NCBI GenBank assembly: GCA_046155785.1
Contig: JBJXFR010000208.1
Coordinates: forward strand, 18-64,017
Reading direction: 5' to 3'
Source: Blastocatellia bacterium
GTDB lineage: Bacteria; Acidobacteriota; Blastocatellia; RBC074
Length of the DNA stretch: 64,000 nucleotides
Numbering within the stretch: the first letter of the stretch is position 1; the number at the start of each line of letters is the position of its first letter. The notes under the pieces were generated by a model, which worked only from the letters and a program-made list of their open reading frames with translations, was not told the origin of the DNA and made no database searches. The position numbers and the translations under genes are program-made. Positions 23,105-32,079 of this stretch are shown piece by piece.

Positions 23105-23788
23105 TTGCAGAAACGACTGGAAGCCATCAACCAACGAATCGCGGCTGCGTGCGAACGCGCAGACCGCGATTTTTTTGACGTGACGCTGGTTGCGGTCAGC
23201 AAGACCGTCGAACCGGCGCGCATTCGCCAGGCCATCGAAGCCGGTGTCCGTGTGTTGGGAGAAAACCGCGTGCAGGAAGCCGCCGGAAAAATGCCCGAAC
23301 TTGCCGACATCGTCGCCAAACACAATGTCGCCTGGCAATTGATCGGTCATCTCCAATCCAACAAGGCTCGGCGCGCTGTGGAGTTGTTTTCGGCGATTCA
23401 ATCCGTTGATGGTTTCAAACTGGCAGAGCGATTGGACAACGCCGCCGCCGAATTCGGCAAGCGGTTGCCGGTGTTTATCGAAGTCAATTTGGCGAACGAA
23501 GAATCGAAAGCAGGCGCAACGCCCGACGAAGTTTTGCCCCTTTGCGAACGAATCGCTAAACTCGGCAATCTGGAATTGAAAGGATTGATGGCCGTGCCTC
23601 CGTTTTTTGAGGACGCCGAATTGGTTCGGCCATTCTTTCGCCGGTTGCGAATGTTGCGCGATCAAGCTCAACTCAAGGAACTTTCCATGGGCATGAGCAA
23701 CGATTTTGAAATCGCCATCGAAGAAGGCGCAACGCTGGTTCGCATCGGCACGGCGCTGTTTGGCGAACGCGATTACTCTCAAACCTAA
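23105..23788 (+). CDS. yggS: PLP homeostasis protein YggS/PlpBP
   Basis: LVAVSKT, GENRVQE, IGHLQSNK, LSMGMSNDF, GATLVRIGTALFG. Confidence 0.95.
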   Translation: MQKRLEAINQRIAAACERADRDFFDVTLVAVSKTVEPARIRQAIEAGVRVLGENRVQEAAGKMPELADIVAKHNVAWQLIGHLQSNKARRAVELFSAIQSVDGFKLAERLDNAAAEFGKRLPVFIEVNLANEESKAGATPDEVLPLCERIAKLGNLELKGLMAVPPFFEDAELVRPFFRRLRMLRDQAQLKELSMGMSNDFEIAIEEGATLVRIGTALFGERDYSQT

Positions 23789-23792
23789 ACTT

Positions 23793-24428
23793 ATGTCATC
23801 ACTGAGTTCTGCCGGATTATTTCTTCAAGACCAGGCCATCACGCTACTTTCGCTGACTAGAACTACGGCCAAAATCGTGTTGCTCGTCGCCGTTGCGCTG
23901 ATCCTGATTCGCGTGTTGGTGGATAAATACGATTTCAATCCGTTTGGCCGGCTGATCTATTACCTCTGCCGCCCGACCAATCGCTGGTTTTATGAAGTCA
24001 GAAGCTCGCCGATTTATCGCCCGGTCAAAAACGCGCTTCGGTTCGATCCGGCTGGGCTTTTGCTGTTGCTGGCCGCTGCCGTCATGTATTTTCTGGTGAC
24101 TGATCTGGTGAATGACGCGCTGACTCTGTTGTTGTGCGTGGGCAGAACTCTGGTGGGATTCGGGACAGGGGCGATTGCGTTCGCAATCAAGGCTTTGATC
24201 GGAACCGCGCTGCTGGCTGTGATTTATTTTCTGACGGCGTTGATGACCGTGCTGGTGATTCATTCGTGGTTCGGATTGTTCGACCGCTGGGCGTACAAAG
24301 CCGGCCAGCACATTTATCCGCTGATCCACAAACTGGATCGAAACAATCGGCTTGGCCCATTCGCGTTTTTGATCGCCTTTCTGTTGCTGGGAGTACTTGC
24401 GAACATCGTTCTTCGCGCTTTCTTTTGA
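23793..24428 (+). CDS. YggT-like membrane protein
   Basis: Hydrophobic multi-TM ORF between yggS and DUF167, the usual position of yggT. Confidence 0.65.
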   Translation: MSSLSSAGLFLQDQAITLLSLTRTTAKIVLLVAVALILIRVLVDKYDFNPFGRLIYYLCRPTNRWFYEVRSSPIYRPVKNALRFDPAGLLLLLAAAVMYFLVTDLVNDALTLLLCVGRTLVGFGTGAIAFAIKALIGTALLAVIYFLTALMTVLVIHSWFGLFDRWAYKAGQHIYPLIHKLDRNNRLGPFAFLIAFLLLGVLANIVLRAFF

Positions 24429-24430
24429 AG

Positions 24431-24730
24431 ATGGTAAAGCTGGCGGTTTCCGACAATTCGATCACGTTCGCTGTGCGCGTTCAGCCCAGAGCCTCGCGCA
24501 GCGAAATTGTTGGAGAATTTGGCGATGCGTTCAAAATCCGGTTGGCGGCTCCACCTGTTGACGGCGAAGCGAACGAAGAATTGATTCGATTTCTGGCCAA
24601 ATTCTTCGGCGTCGCCCGCGCGCAAATCTCCATTCGCTCCGGGCAAACTTCCAAAAACAAATTGATCGCGGTGACTGGGATTTCGGCTGACGAAGCCGAG
24701 AGCGCGGTGAAATCCGCGCTCGGTGATTGA
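24431..24730 (+). CDS. yggU: DUF167 (YggU) family protein
   Basis: VRVQPRAS, APPVDGEANEEL, SGQTSKNK. Confidence 0.9.
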   Translation: MVKLAVSDNSITFAVRVQPRASRSEIVGEFGDAFKIRLAAPPVDGEANEELIRFLAKFFGVARAQISIRSGQTSKNKLIAVTGISADEAESAVKSALGD

Positions 24731-24752
24731 TATGGCTTGAACGATTTATGGC

Positions 24753-25442
24753 TTAATCTAACTTCGGCATGTGTCCGGCGTGGCCGTTGTGTTTGGAAAT
24801 TTTGTGGCCAATGGCGCGTTTTTCGTAATCGTCGGCGATGTCGGCGACCAACCGGTTCACTTTCCGCAATCGTTTCCGAGTGTCTGTCATTTCCAACAAC
24901 CCCTGTTTGTCGTTAGCGTCAATATCCAGATACGCCGCCAGAATGAATGACAACGGCTGAGCGTCATCCGGCAAATCCATCACTTCATTATCCTCGTCTG
25001 GCCTGTTTTCGTCCTTCAATTTTCGAATAGCTGCGGACAAGCGCTTAAAGATTTTTTTGGCTTGCTCCACGTCTTCCGACAAATCGTCGAATTCCAGATC
25101 GTCGTCAAACAATTCCACCTTCGCCTGCCAATAAGGTTCGCCTTCGACGTAACTGAGCAAGCTGAATCGCGATACGCCGACGCACAAAATGTTGGAGCGA
25201 CCGTCTGGCAACTCCTGTTGAATGGCGACTTCGACGACGCAGCCGATGCTGCCCACGGGCAAGCGTTCAATGTCCAGCATCGCTTTGTCATTGCGATAAA
25301 CGATGCCAAAGGTTTTATCGCCGTCCGCCACATCCTTGAGCATCTTGCGATACCGGTCTTCGAAAATATGCAACGGAGTGATTGCGCCGGGAAACTGAAC
25401 CAGCGGTAGCGGGAAAATTGGAATGACGCGATGCGAGTCCAT
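24753..25442 (-). CDS. LON peptidase substrate-binding (N-terminal) domain protein
   Basis: IPIFPL, PLHIFEDRYRKM, LPDGRSNI. Confidence 0.88.
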   Translation of the reverse strand: MDSHRVIPIFPLPLVQFPGAITPLHIFEDRYRKMLKDVADGDKTFGIVYRNDKAMLDIERLPVGSIGCVVEVAIQQELPDGRSNILCVGVSRFSLLSYVEGEPYWQAKVELFDDDLEFDDLSEDVEQAKKIFKRLSAAIRKLKDENRPDEDNEVMDLPDDAQPLSFILAAYLDIDANDKQGLLEMTDTRKRLRKVNRLVADIADDYEKRAIGHKISKHNGHAGHMPKLD

Positions 25443-25467
25443 ATGCCCGGCATTCTACGACCATTCC

Positions 25468-26058
25468 TTATGACTGGCCAACAACTCTTCGGGCAATTGC
25501 CCGATGCCAAGCCATTGGAATGTCGGCTTCGTATCCATTGTTTTCGCTGCCGACGCTGCGGATGCGACCTTCCATTCGCCCTTCAATCTGAAAGCCCAAC
25601 TTTTGATAAAACTCGATGGCTTTGCGATTGCTTTCGCGGGCAATCAACTCGACGCGCAAAATGTCCTGGCGTTCCTGTTCGACGCAACGAAGCAATTCGG
25701 CAAACAGCGCCTTGCCCACGCCCAATCCTTGTTGAGATGGATGCACCGCGATGGTCAGTTCCCCCAGCACGTGCGAAAACACTCGCGGGCCGAGCGGGTA
25801 GCTGTGAATCTCGCCAATGACGGGGTCGCCAGCGGATTCACGAGCGACCAGAATGATTCCACCCGCCAGCGATTTACTCAGAAAGTGAGTGACGTATTCA
25901 TCAGAAATTTCCGCCGCAGTTCTGGCCAGTCCGCCTTCGATGGCGGCGACAGTTCGGTACAGCGCCACGATTGCGCCGTGATCTTCAGAAGTCGCTGAAT
26001 TGATAATCAAATCTGATTTCCTCCGACTGAGATTTTCCACGCTGGCTTGATCTTTCAT
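25468..26058 (-). CDS. GNAT family N-acetyltransferase
   Basis: VHPSQQGLGVGKAL, NRKAIEFYQKLGF. Confidence 0.85.
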   Translation of the reverse strand: MKDQASVENLSRRKSDLIINSATSEDHGAIVALYRTVAAIEGGLARTAAEISDEYVTHFLSKSLAGGIILVARESAGDPVIGEIHSYPLGPRVFSHVLGELTIAVHPSQQGLGVGKALFAELLRCVEQERQDILRVELIARESNRKAIEFYQKLGFQIEGRMEGRIRSVGSENNGYEADIPMAWHRAIARRVVGQS

Positions 26059-26219
26059 GACGCGGCAGTTTGTTGCATGAAACTTTTGGCGGCAAGCGCT
26101 GGACAGATTGAGCCCGACACTGCATTGTAAATGGCGAACAATTGGGCTTGCAGTAGAATCCGCGCCACGACAATCCCACATTCCTATCAACTGTCGAACA
26201 AAAACAGGAGGCCCGCTTT

Positions 26220-26903
26220 ATGAACAAGCATGTCGCCAACATCACCTTTTTCAGCGTTCTGCTGATTGCTGCTTATGTTCACGCATCTGCCCAGGCTCGC
26301 GTAGATTTTTCCGGCACATGGACGCTGGATGCGAAAAAGACGCGAGACGTTTCTGCTGATCTGAAAAGTTATCAACTGACCGTCAAACAGGACGACAAGC
26401 AAATCTCTGTCGAATCAAAGGTGGATGGAAACCTGTTGCCCGCGACAGGAAACGATCATCCCAAACCAGCTCAAAGCGCGGCACAACACGCCGTCAACAA
26501 CGCTGCTGCCGGAGGCGGCAGTAGCACTGGCACAGTGGGCGGCGGAGCGGGTGACAGCGTTTCCGGCGGCAACAAAGTCGTTTTCGCGCACGGACGCGCA
26601 TTGGCTACAGTCTTCCGGCGGTTTAGCTGCGACCTGGACGGAAAGGAAGCCATTCGTGAAACCAGCGGCCTTTCTCCAGGCAAAATGAAACGCCGTGCTT
26701 CGTGGAAAAAAGGCGAAAAGGCGTTGGAAATTTACTTGGAACGCGATTTCGAGGTTCAGGGAAATCTATTCACTTCTTACGTCAAAGAGGTTTGGGAGCT
26801 GGCCGACGGCGGCAAAGTTTTGAAGATCAAACGCACCGTCAACTTGTTGGCCGGTTGGGATGAAACGACTCTGGTGTTCAACCGCGAATCAGCCAAACCT
26901 TAA
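26220..26903 (+). CDS. Secreted hypothetical protein (DFSGTW, lipocalin-like barrel)
   Basis: Signal peptide; DFSGTWTLD N-terminus; AGGAGG RBS. Confidence 0.7.
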   Translation: MNKHVANITFFSVLLIAAYVHASAQARVDFSGTWTLDAKKTRDVSADLKSYQLTVKQDDKQISVESKVDGNLLPATGNDHPKPAQSAAQHAVNNAAAGGGSSTGTVGGGAGDSVSGGNKVVFAHGRALATVFRRFSCDLDGKEAIRETSGLSPGKMKRRASWKKGEKALEIYLERDFEVQGNLFTSYVKEVWELADGGKVLKIKRTVNLLAGWDETTLVFNRESAKP

Positions 26904-27920
26904 GGCCGCAAACTCGTGGCCGAATTTTTCTTCCATCGCAACGCGCGCCGGTTCTGGCAACAAACTGGCGCGCACTGCGTTGATGACCAGTCGTTCGATG
27001 GTTTCGACGCCAAAGCCAAAAATGTCAGCGATTTTCAGGTATTCGTCGGTCAGCGTAGTGTTGAACATTGGCGGGTCGTCGGAATTGATCGTCACGTAAA
27101 GTCCTGCTTCCAACAAGCGCGGCAACGGATGTTCGGCGATGGAAGCGGCTACGCCTAAACAAACGTTGCTGGTGGGGCAGACTTCCAGCGGGATTTGCCG
27201 CTGGCGCAATTCGGCAACCAACTCGGCGTCTTCCAAACAACGAACTCCGTGACCGATGCGTTGCGCGCCCAAAATGGTCAGCGCATTGCGGACGCTTTCG
27301 GCTCCGACAGTTTCTCCTGCGTGGGGCACGCTGGCCAATCCCGCAGCCAACACTCGATTAAAAGCTTCCGCGAATAATTCCGGCGGATTGCCGATTTCCG
27401 GTCCGCCCAAACCCAGAGCGACAACACCGTGTTCTTTTCCGCTGATAACCCAATCGGCGACGGTCAAGCCGTGTTCAATCGGGCGCACGTTGCGCGAAAT
27501 ATCCAACACCCAACCCACGCTGACGTCTAACTCCGCTGCCGCCCAGGCGCGCGCGCGGCTCAGCGCGGCCAGTTGATCGGCAAACGCAATGCGCCGGTTC
27601 AAACTGAAATGCGTGTATGGCGTGAAGGTGACTTCGCTGTGCCGGATGTTTTGCGCCGCCTGACCGCGCAGAAATTCGCGGGCGATCAATTCGATGTCTT
27701 GCGCCGAACAGATGCAGGATGAAATGGTGACGTAAATTTCGATGAAGTGCGCGAAGTCCGTGAAGGTGTACCACTGGCGCAATCCTTCAACGGTTGTGGC
27801 GGGCAGCGTGACTTGATTGCGCCTGGCCAGTTCAAGCAGCGTTTCGGGTTGGATCGAACCTTCCAGATGAACATGGAGTTCGACCTTGGGCATTCGGCGG
27901 ATGAAAGTTTCCAGGTGCAT
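26889..27920 (-). CDS. add: Adenosine deaminase
   Basis: PKVELHVHLEGS, HAGE, RIGHG, CPTSN, NSDDP. Confidence 0.93.
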   Translation of the reverse strand: MHLETFIRRMPKVELHVHLEGSIQPETLLELARRNQVTLPATTVEGLRQWYTFTDFAHFIEIYVTISSCICSAQDIELIAREFLRGQAAQNIRHSEVTFTPYTHFSLNRRIAFADQLAALSRARAWAAAELDVSVGWVLDISRNVRPIEHGLTVADWVISGKEHGVVALGLGGPEIGNPPELFAEAFNRVLAAGLASVPHAGETVGAESVRNALTILGAQRIGHGVRCLEDAELVAELRQRQIPLEVCPTSNVCLGVAASIAEHPLPRLLEAGLYVTINSDDPPMFNTTLTDEYLKIADIFGFGVETIERLVINAVRASLLPEPARVAMEEKFGHEFAALRFG

Positions 27921-28042
27921 TGCGGTGTCAGGCCAGATTTTAAGCTAGGTTTTAAGAGAATAGGACTTAGGCAAATCTGGGTACGCCCCCGGCTGCTGTA
28001 AAAGACGCGCGAAGCTTCTTTTTTCTCTGTTTTGCGTAAGTC

Positions 28043-28873
28043 CTAAGAGAGATATTTGACGAACATCAGTTCGTTGCGGCGTTCGTTGTAAACCAGTTCG
28101 TCCACCAGTTGATTGACCATCAGGATGCCGAAGCCTCCGGCGCGCAATCCCTTTTCATCGCGGATGCTGACGTGGCGGAACGGGTCTCCGGCTGGGTTGT
28201 TGACGGCGGCGTGTTCCAGTTGCGCCGGGTTGAAGCCTTCGCCTGGGTCTTTGATCCAGTAAATGATGGCGCGTTTGGTTCGGACGCAGGCCACTTCGAC
28301 AAACTTTGTCGGGTCGAGTTTGCCACCGTGTTCGATGGCGTTGTTCAGCATTTCGCGGAAGGCGTAAGCCATCGCTTCGCGCGTTTCTTCAGGCAAATCG
28401 GCCTTCAATTGCATCAGCAATTTTTGCAGGATTGGCACGGCTGCCAAATCGCAGGGCACGCGCAATTGAACCCAATGCGGATCAGCGGAAAGGACCTCGA
28501 TTTGGACTGGAATTTCATCGCCGAGCGCGGCTCCGACAGTGGCTTTCAGGTCGGCAATGCTGAACGGTTTGGTCAGGAAGTCGCACACTCGTTTTCGCAT
28601 GGCGACCAGCACGGCTTCTGGCATTCCGAAAGCGGTAATCATAACGGCTCGCAGATCGGGATGATCGCGCCGCAACTCTTCCAGAAACTCGCCGCCGTCC
28701 ATTTCCGGCATGACGAAATCAATAATCGCCAGATCGAATTGATCGCGCCGCAACATATCCAAACCCTCACGCCCGCTGAAAGCATGTAGCAATGAATGAC
28801 CATCGCCGTTTAATGCGCCCTTGATCAGTTCGTGCAAGGTTGGATCGTCGTCCACTACGAGAATCTGGCTCAT
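28043..28873 (-). CDS. Response regulator receiver fused to an RsbW-like HATPase (anti-sigma factor) domain
   Basis: ILVVDDD, D-x-x-MP, TAFG and KPF, followed by EMLNNAIEHG, DPGEGF and GGFGI. Confidence 0.85.
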   Translation of the reverse strand: MSQILVVDDDPTLHELIKGALNGDGHSLLHAFSGREGLDMLRRDQFDLAIIDFVMPEMDGGEFLEELRRDHPDLRAVMITAFGMPEAVLVAMRKRVCDFLTKPFSIADLKATVGAALGDEIPVQIEVLSADPHWVQLRVPCDLAAVPILQKLLMQLKADLPEETREAMAYAFREMLNNAIEHGGKLDPTKFVEVACVRTKRAIIYWIKDPGEGFNPAQLEHAAVNNPAGDPFRHVSIRDEKGLRAGGFGILMVNQLVDELVYNERRNELMFVKYLS

Positions 28874-29031
28874 TGACTCCCTCTCGCGTCGTCGCGTTCG
28901 CCTGTTGACAGAAAATAACCGCTTACCGAAAACGCGGGTATTATGCCCATCGCGTTTTGGTTTGGCCAGCCGGTTGGCTGGAAAGGCAATGACAGTAACT
29001 GTGACCTGTATGAACTGAACGAGGTAATTCA

Positions 29032-29628
29032 ATGAAAGAAGCTCGAAGATCATTTTTACTGGAACCGGCAGACGCGCCACTCACCGCCGCACAAGCTTTT
29101 GTGCGGCACGCGCGCTTTCGTTTAAGCCAGGATTATCCTGTCAAAATTTCCGGAGCGTTGGCGGAACTCACAGACGCGCAACTGTGGTGGCGTCCGAACG
29201 AAGCCAGCAACAGCATCGGCAATTTGATTTTGCATCTGTGCGGAAACGTCCGGCAGTGGATGATTGCCGGAGTCGGCGGCGCAACTGATACCCGCGACCG
29301 CAACCACGAATTCGTGGAGCGTCGTCAAATCGGCAAAGACGAATTGCTGATCTTGCTGAAAACAACGCTGGCCGAAGTTGACGCCGCGCTGGAAAAGCTG
29401 GAACAGGAACTGATTGCTGGCTCTGACGCTCCGCTGCAACGACAAATCACGCCGCAAGGCTTTGCTCAAACCGTGCTCGATTCGGTCTTTCACGTTGTCG
29501 AACATTTCAGCTATCACACTGGGCAAATCGTCTTCATCGCCAAGCTGCTGGCGGGCGAACGCATTCGGTTTTATGACGACAGGCAACTGGATGTGCGAAG
29601 TGAACCGCGCTTGCCTCACCTGCATTGA
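29032..29628 (+). CDS. DinB/DUF1572 family protein
   Basis: RPNEASNSIGNLILHLCGN, RDRNHEF, HVVEHFSYHTGQI. Confidence 0.85.
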   Translation: MKEARRSFLLEPADAPLTAAQAFVRHARFRLSQDYPVKISGALAELTDAQLWWRPNEASNSIGNLILHLCGNVRQWMIAGVGGATDTRDRNHEFVERRQIGKDELLILLKTTLAEVDAALEKLEQELIAGSDAPLQRQITPQGFAQTVLDSVFHVVEHFSYHTGQIVFIAKLLAGERIRFYDDRQLDVRSEPRLPHLH

Positions 29629-29639
29629 TGGCTTACATT
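29611..29639 (+). promoter_or_regulatory. Sigma70-type promoter of the tRNA gene
   Basis: TTGCCT-N17-TACATT followed by a GC-rich discriminator just upstream of the tRNA. Confidence 0.55.
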
Positions 29640-29683
29640 ACGCCGCGTTGCTCCCGTAGCTCAGTGGATAGAGCATCTGCCTT

Positions 29684-30335
29684 CAACATAAATAGGAGCC
29701 TGTACGAAGAATAAGTAATTCGTACAGTGGAGGGTGCTGTATCGGTGAATCTCTAAGGAAGCTTTTACGGCTTCTATGACAACACCGAGGAAACCTTGTG
29801 AAAATCGTTTTGAGGATTTGATGCGATGGGAACAGGAATAAAAACTCATCACACCAAAAACAAAGGCGATTTGGGAGTGGCAAAGGCTTTCTGTGACTTG
29901 GTTGAAAAAGGATATTTAGTTTTATTTCCATCAACCGAGCATGCGCCATTTGATTTGGTAGCTTATGACGGAGAACGTTTCGTCAGGATACAAGTCAAAT
30001 ATCGGAGCGCCGTGAAAGGAGTCCTACAAGTTAATTTAGTTAGCTGGTGGGCAGACAAAAACGGTTCTCACGGAAATCCTGTTGATAAGAGTCAGATAGA
30101 TGTTTTCTGCATTTACTGTCCGGAAACGGATAAGTGTTATTACGTAAAGGCAGAAGACATCAATGTAGGTTTGACTCTTAGAATTGCCGCTCCGAAAAAC
30201 AATCAGCAAAAGAATGTTAAATTTGCTGAAAGTTACACCGGGGTTCCGTAGAGGCCATACGCATCCAGGCTGAAATGCCTAAGATATGGTCCAGACCACA
30301 ACTCATACGAGGCCAGGGAAATCTGGAGTGGTAAG
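29684..30335 (+). mobile_element. Group I self-splicing intron with a homing endonuclease ORF in the P6 extension
   Basis: Exon ends in U and intron ends in G. IGS UAGGAG (29693-98); P2 ctgtacgaa/ttcgtacag; P3 ggtgctgta/tacgcatc; P4 tcggtg/caccga; P6 ggaaacc/ggttcc; P7 ggcca/tggtc; S element AAGATATGGTCC. Confidence 0.92.
29826..30251 (+). CDS. Group I intron-associated PD-(D/E)XK homing endonuclease (I-Ssp6803I-like)
   Basis: TKNKGDLG ... PFDLV ... RIQVK ... DVFCIY pattern resembles I-Ssp6803I (TKLKGDIA/YDLV/KVQVK); AT-rich; lies inside the intron. Confidence 0.88.
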   Translation: MGTGIKTHHTKNKGDLGVAKAFCDLVEKGYLVLFPSTEHAPFDLVAYDGERFVRIQVKYRSAVKGVLQVNLVSWWADKNGSHGNPVDKSQIDVFCIYCPETDKCYYVKAEDINVGLTLRIAAPKNNQQKNVKFAESYTGVP

Positions 30336-30484
30336 CTAAGCAGAGGGTCGCTGGTTCGAGTCCAGCCGGGGGTATCACGAAGACAAGCAGTAACGGGCAT
30401 CAACACAGATGCCCGTTCTGCTTTTTCCATCCATCTTCAAACCATCAAGCAGTTCATCCATTCACTTCTTCACGAAGGGGCGCG

Positions 30485-31540
30485 ATGAGATTCATCATCC
30501 ACGGAGCAGGGGCTTTAGGCAGTCTGGTTGGCGGAATGCTGGCAGAAAGCGGCGCTGAAGTTGTCTTGATTGCACGACCGGCGCATGCCGATGCCGTCAA
30601 TCGTACTGGCTTGCAAATCAAGTCTCCGAAAGGCGACCGCGTGGTGAAGCTGGTAGCCGTGACTTCGCCCAGAGAGATTATCCCGCGCCCGGATGATGTT
30701 GTTTTCCTGACGGTCAAAACATCTCAAACTAAAGCTTCAGTGCAAGCCTTGCGCGAAGTCTTCCTGGAAGCGACGCCTGTGTTCTGTTTGCAGAATGGAA
30801 TCCGAAACGAAGAACTGGCGGCTCGACGTTTTCTGACCGTTTATGGGGCGATGGCCGCGTTGAGCGTGACGTTTCTGTCGCCGGGCATCATCGCGCACAC
30901 GCTGCACAACACGATTTCAGTGGGAAATTACCCGCTCGGATGTGATGAACTTGGCCAGCAAGTCGCGGAACAACTCAGCAAGGCCGGTTTCCGAGCTATG
31001 ACTCATGATTCCATTATGGCCGTAAAATGGAGCAAGTTGATCCTGAATTTGCACAACGCCACGTTTGCCATTCTGGATAACCACTTGCAGCTTGGATTGG
31101 TAACGCCTGCTATCAGCCGGTTTATGGCCGATGTTGAAGGCGAAGCCTTACGTGTGCTGGAAATCGCGGGCATTTCTCTGACCGATGCGAACAATCCGAT
31201 TGAATTCGATAATCGCTTGAACGGGCTTCGCTGTGTGGTCGAAGACCCGCAGAAGACTTACGAAGCCGCTCTTATTCCTTTCGAGCTTCGCACCTATCCG
31301 TCAACCTGGATGGATTTGCGGCAACAACGTGGCGAGACAGAGGCGAGTTATTTCAACGGCGAAATTATTTTGCTTGGCGAAAAATATGGAGTACCGACGC
31401 CGTACAACTCCACGCTGCTTAACATCGTGGAAACCATGGCCGCTGAAAAAACCTTGCCCGGATTGATGACGATTGATGAATTGATGGACCAGGTCGAACA
31501 GCGGCGATTGATGATGTACCACAGCCAGGAAACCCAATAA
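30485..31540 (+). CDS. panE: 2-dehydropantoate 2-reductase (ketopantoate reductase family)
   Basis: GAGALG, VKT, LQNG, KWSKLILN, STWMD, ETEASYFNGEI. Confidence 0.85.
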   Translation: MRFIIHGAGALGSLVGGMLAESGAEVVLIARPAHADAVNRTGLQIKSPKGDRVVKLVAVTSPREIIPRPDDVVFLTVKTSQTKASVQALREVFLEATPVFCLQNGIRNEELAARRFLTVYGAMAALSVTFLSPGIIAHTLHNTISVGNYPLGCDELGQQVAEQLSKAGFRAMTHDSIMAVKWSKLILNLHNATFAILDNHLQLGLVTPAISRFMADVEGEALRVLEIAGISLTDANNPIEFDNRLNGLRCVVEDPQKTYEAALIPFELRTYPSTWMDLRQQRGETEASYFNGEIILLGEKYGVPTPYNSTLLNIVETMAAEKTLPGLMTIDELMDQVEQRRLMMYHSQETQ

Positions 31541-31628
31541 TCCTAAACAGAACGCGAACAGTGTAGACAGGTTATTGAATCTGTTTGATAACAAACTCAA
31601 TCATCTATGGACAACCGTGCGCGTTCTG

Positions 31629-31820
31629 TCGGGTGGGGTATCTCACGACTAAGTGCCACCTCGCATCGTAAGGACACCCTCAAAACTTGATGTGATTGAT
31701 TGTTGGAAAAGAAGCTGCGCCGACAAGGATAACGATTGCGGGTTCGCCGAAAGACTGAAGCCTGTCAAAACAAAGGCAGGAGGGAGACCCCACATTCTCC
31801 CTCCTGCTCTGGCCACCCGA
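31629..31820 (+). ncRNA. Candidate structured small RNA, copy A (GGUGGGG...CCCAC-loop...GGCCACCC)
   Basis: Closing stem tcgggtgg/ccacccga, nested stems with + strand G-U pairs, 12-bp hairpin with loop ccccacat; layout shared with 50297-50433. Confidence 0.5.
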
Positions 31821-31907
31821 ATTGCATCTTTAAACGCAATGGTTTGGGGGAGGCCATAAGCGATATTGATCGTGCCGTTATACCCGCCCCCAAAACTATG
31901 CCCACCA

Positions 31908-31946
31908 TTGCGCTTGGAAGACACCAAAGGTGTCTTCCAAGCGCAA
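31908..31946. terminator. Perfect 18-bp hairpin (terminator or RNA domain)
   Basis: ttgcgcttggaagacacc-aaa-ggtgtcttccaagcgcaa. Confidence 0.5.
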
Positions 31947-32079
31947 ACACCAACGACAACCTGCAACTCAAGTGAAAATCAATTGCGTCTTTCTGTGACG
32001 CGCTCAATGTCGCACGGCATCTGGATCGCGGCTATACGTAGTTTTACCTGTTTTGGCGAGGGTTGTTGTCTGACAGGAT

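Larger units (their letters stand above)
29650..30374 (+). tRNA. tRNA-Arg(UCU), split by a group I intron (exons 29650-29683 and 30336-30374)
   Basis: Joined exons give GCTCCCG TA GCTC AGTGGATA GAGC A TCTGC CT TCT AA GCAGA GGGTC GCTGG TTCGAGT CCAGC CGGGGGT A: a complete cloverleaf with Arg identity base A20. CCA is not encoded. Confidence 0.92.

Noticed and set aside
26171-26182. CAATCCCAC match to the sRNA loop, as a possible antisense target in the GNAT leader
   Set aside because: A 9-mer match is expected by chance in 64 kb across two strands.
29680-30340. Alternative splice register (exon ...CTTC / TAAG...)
   Set aside because: It gives the same tRNA but breaks the group I rules (exon ending in U, intron ending in G) and the IGS pairing.
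31649-32007. Short ORFs in the panE-selA spacer
   Set aside because: They overlap on both strands, lack RBS and motifs, and coincide with hairpin-rich sequence.
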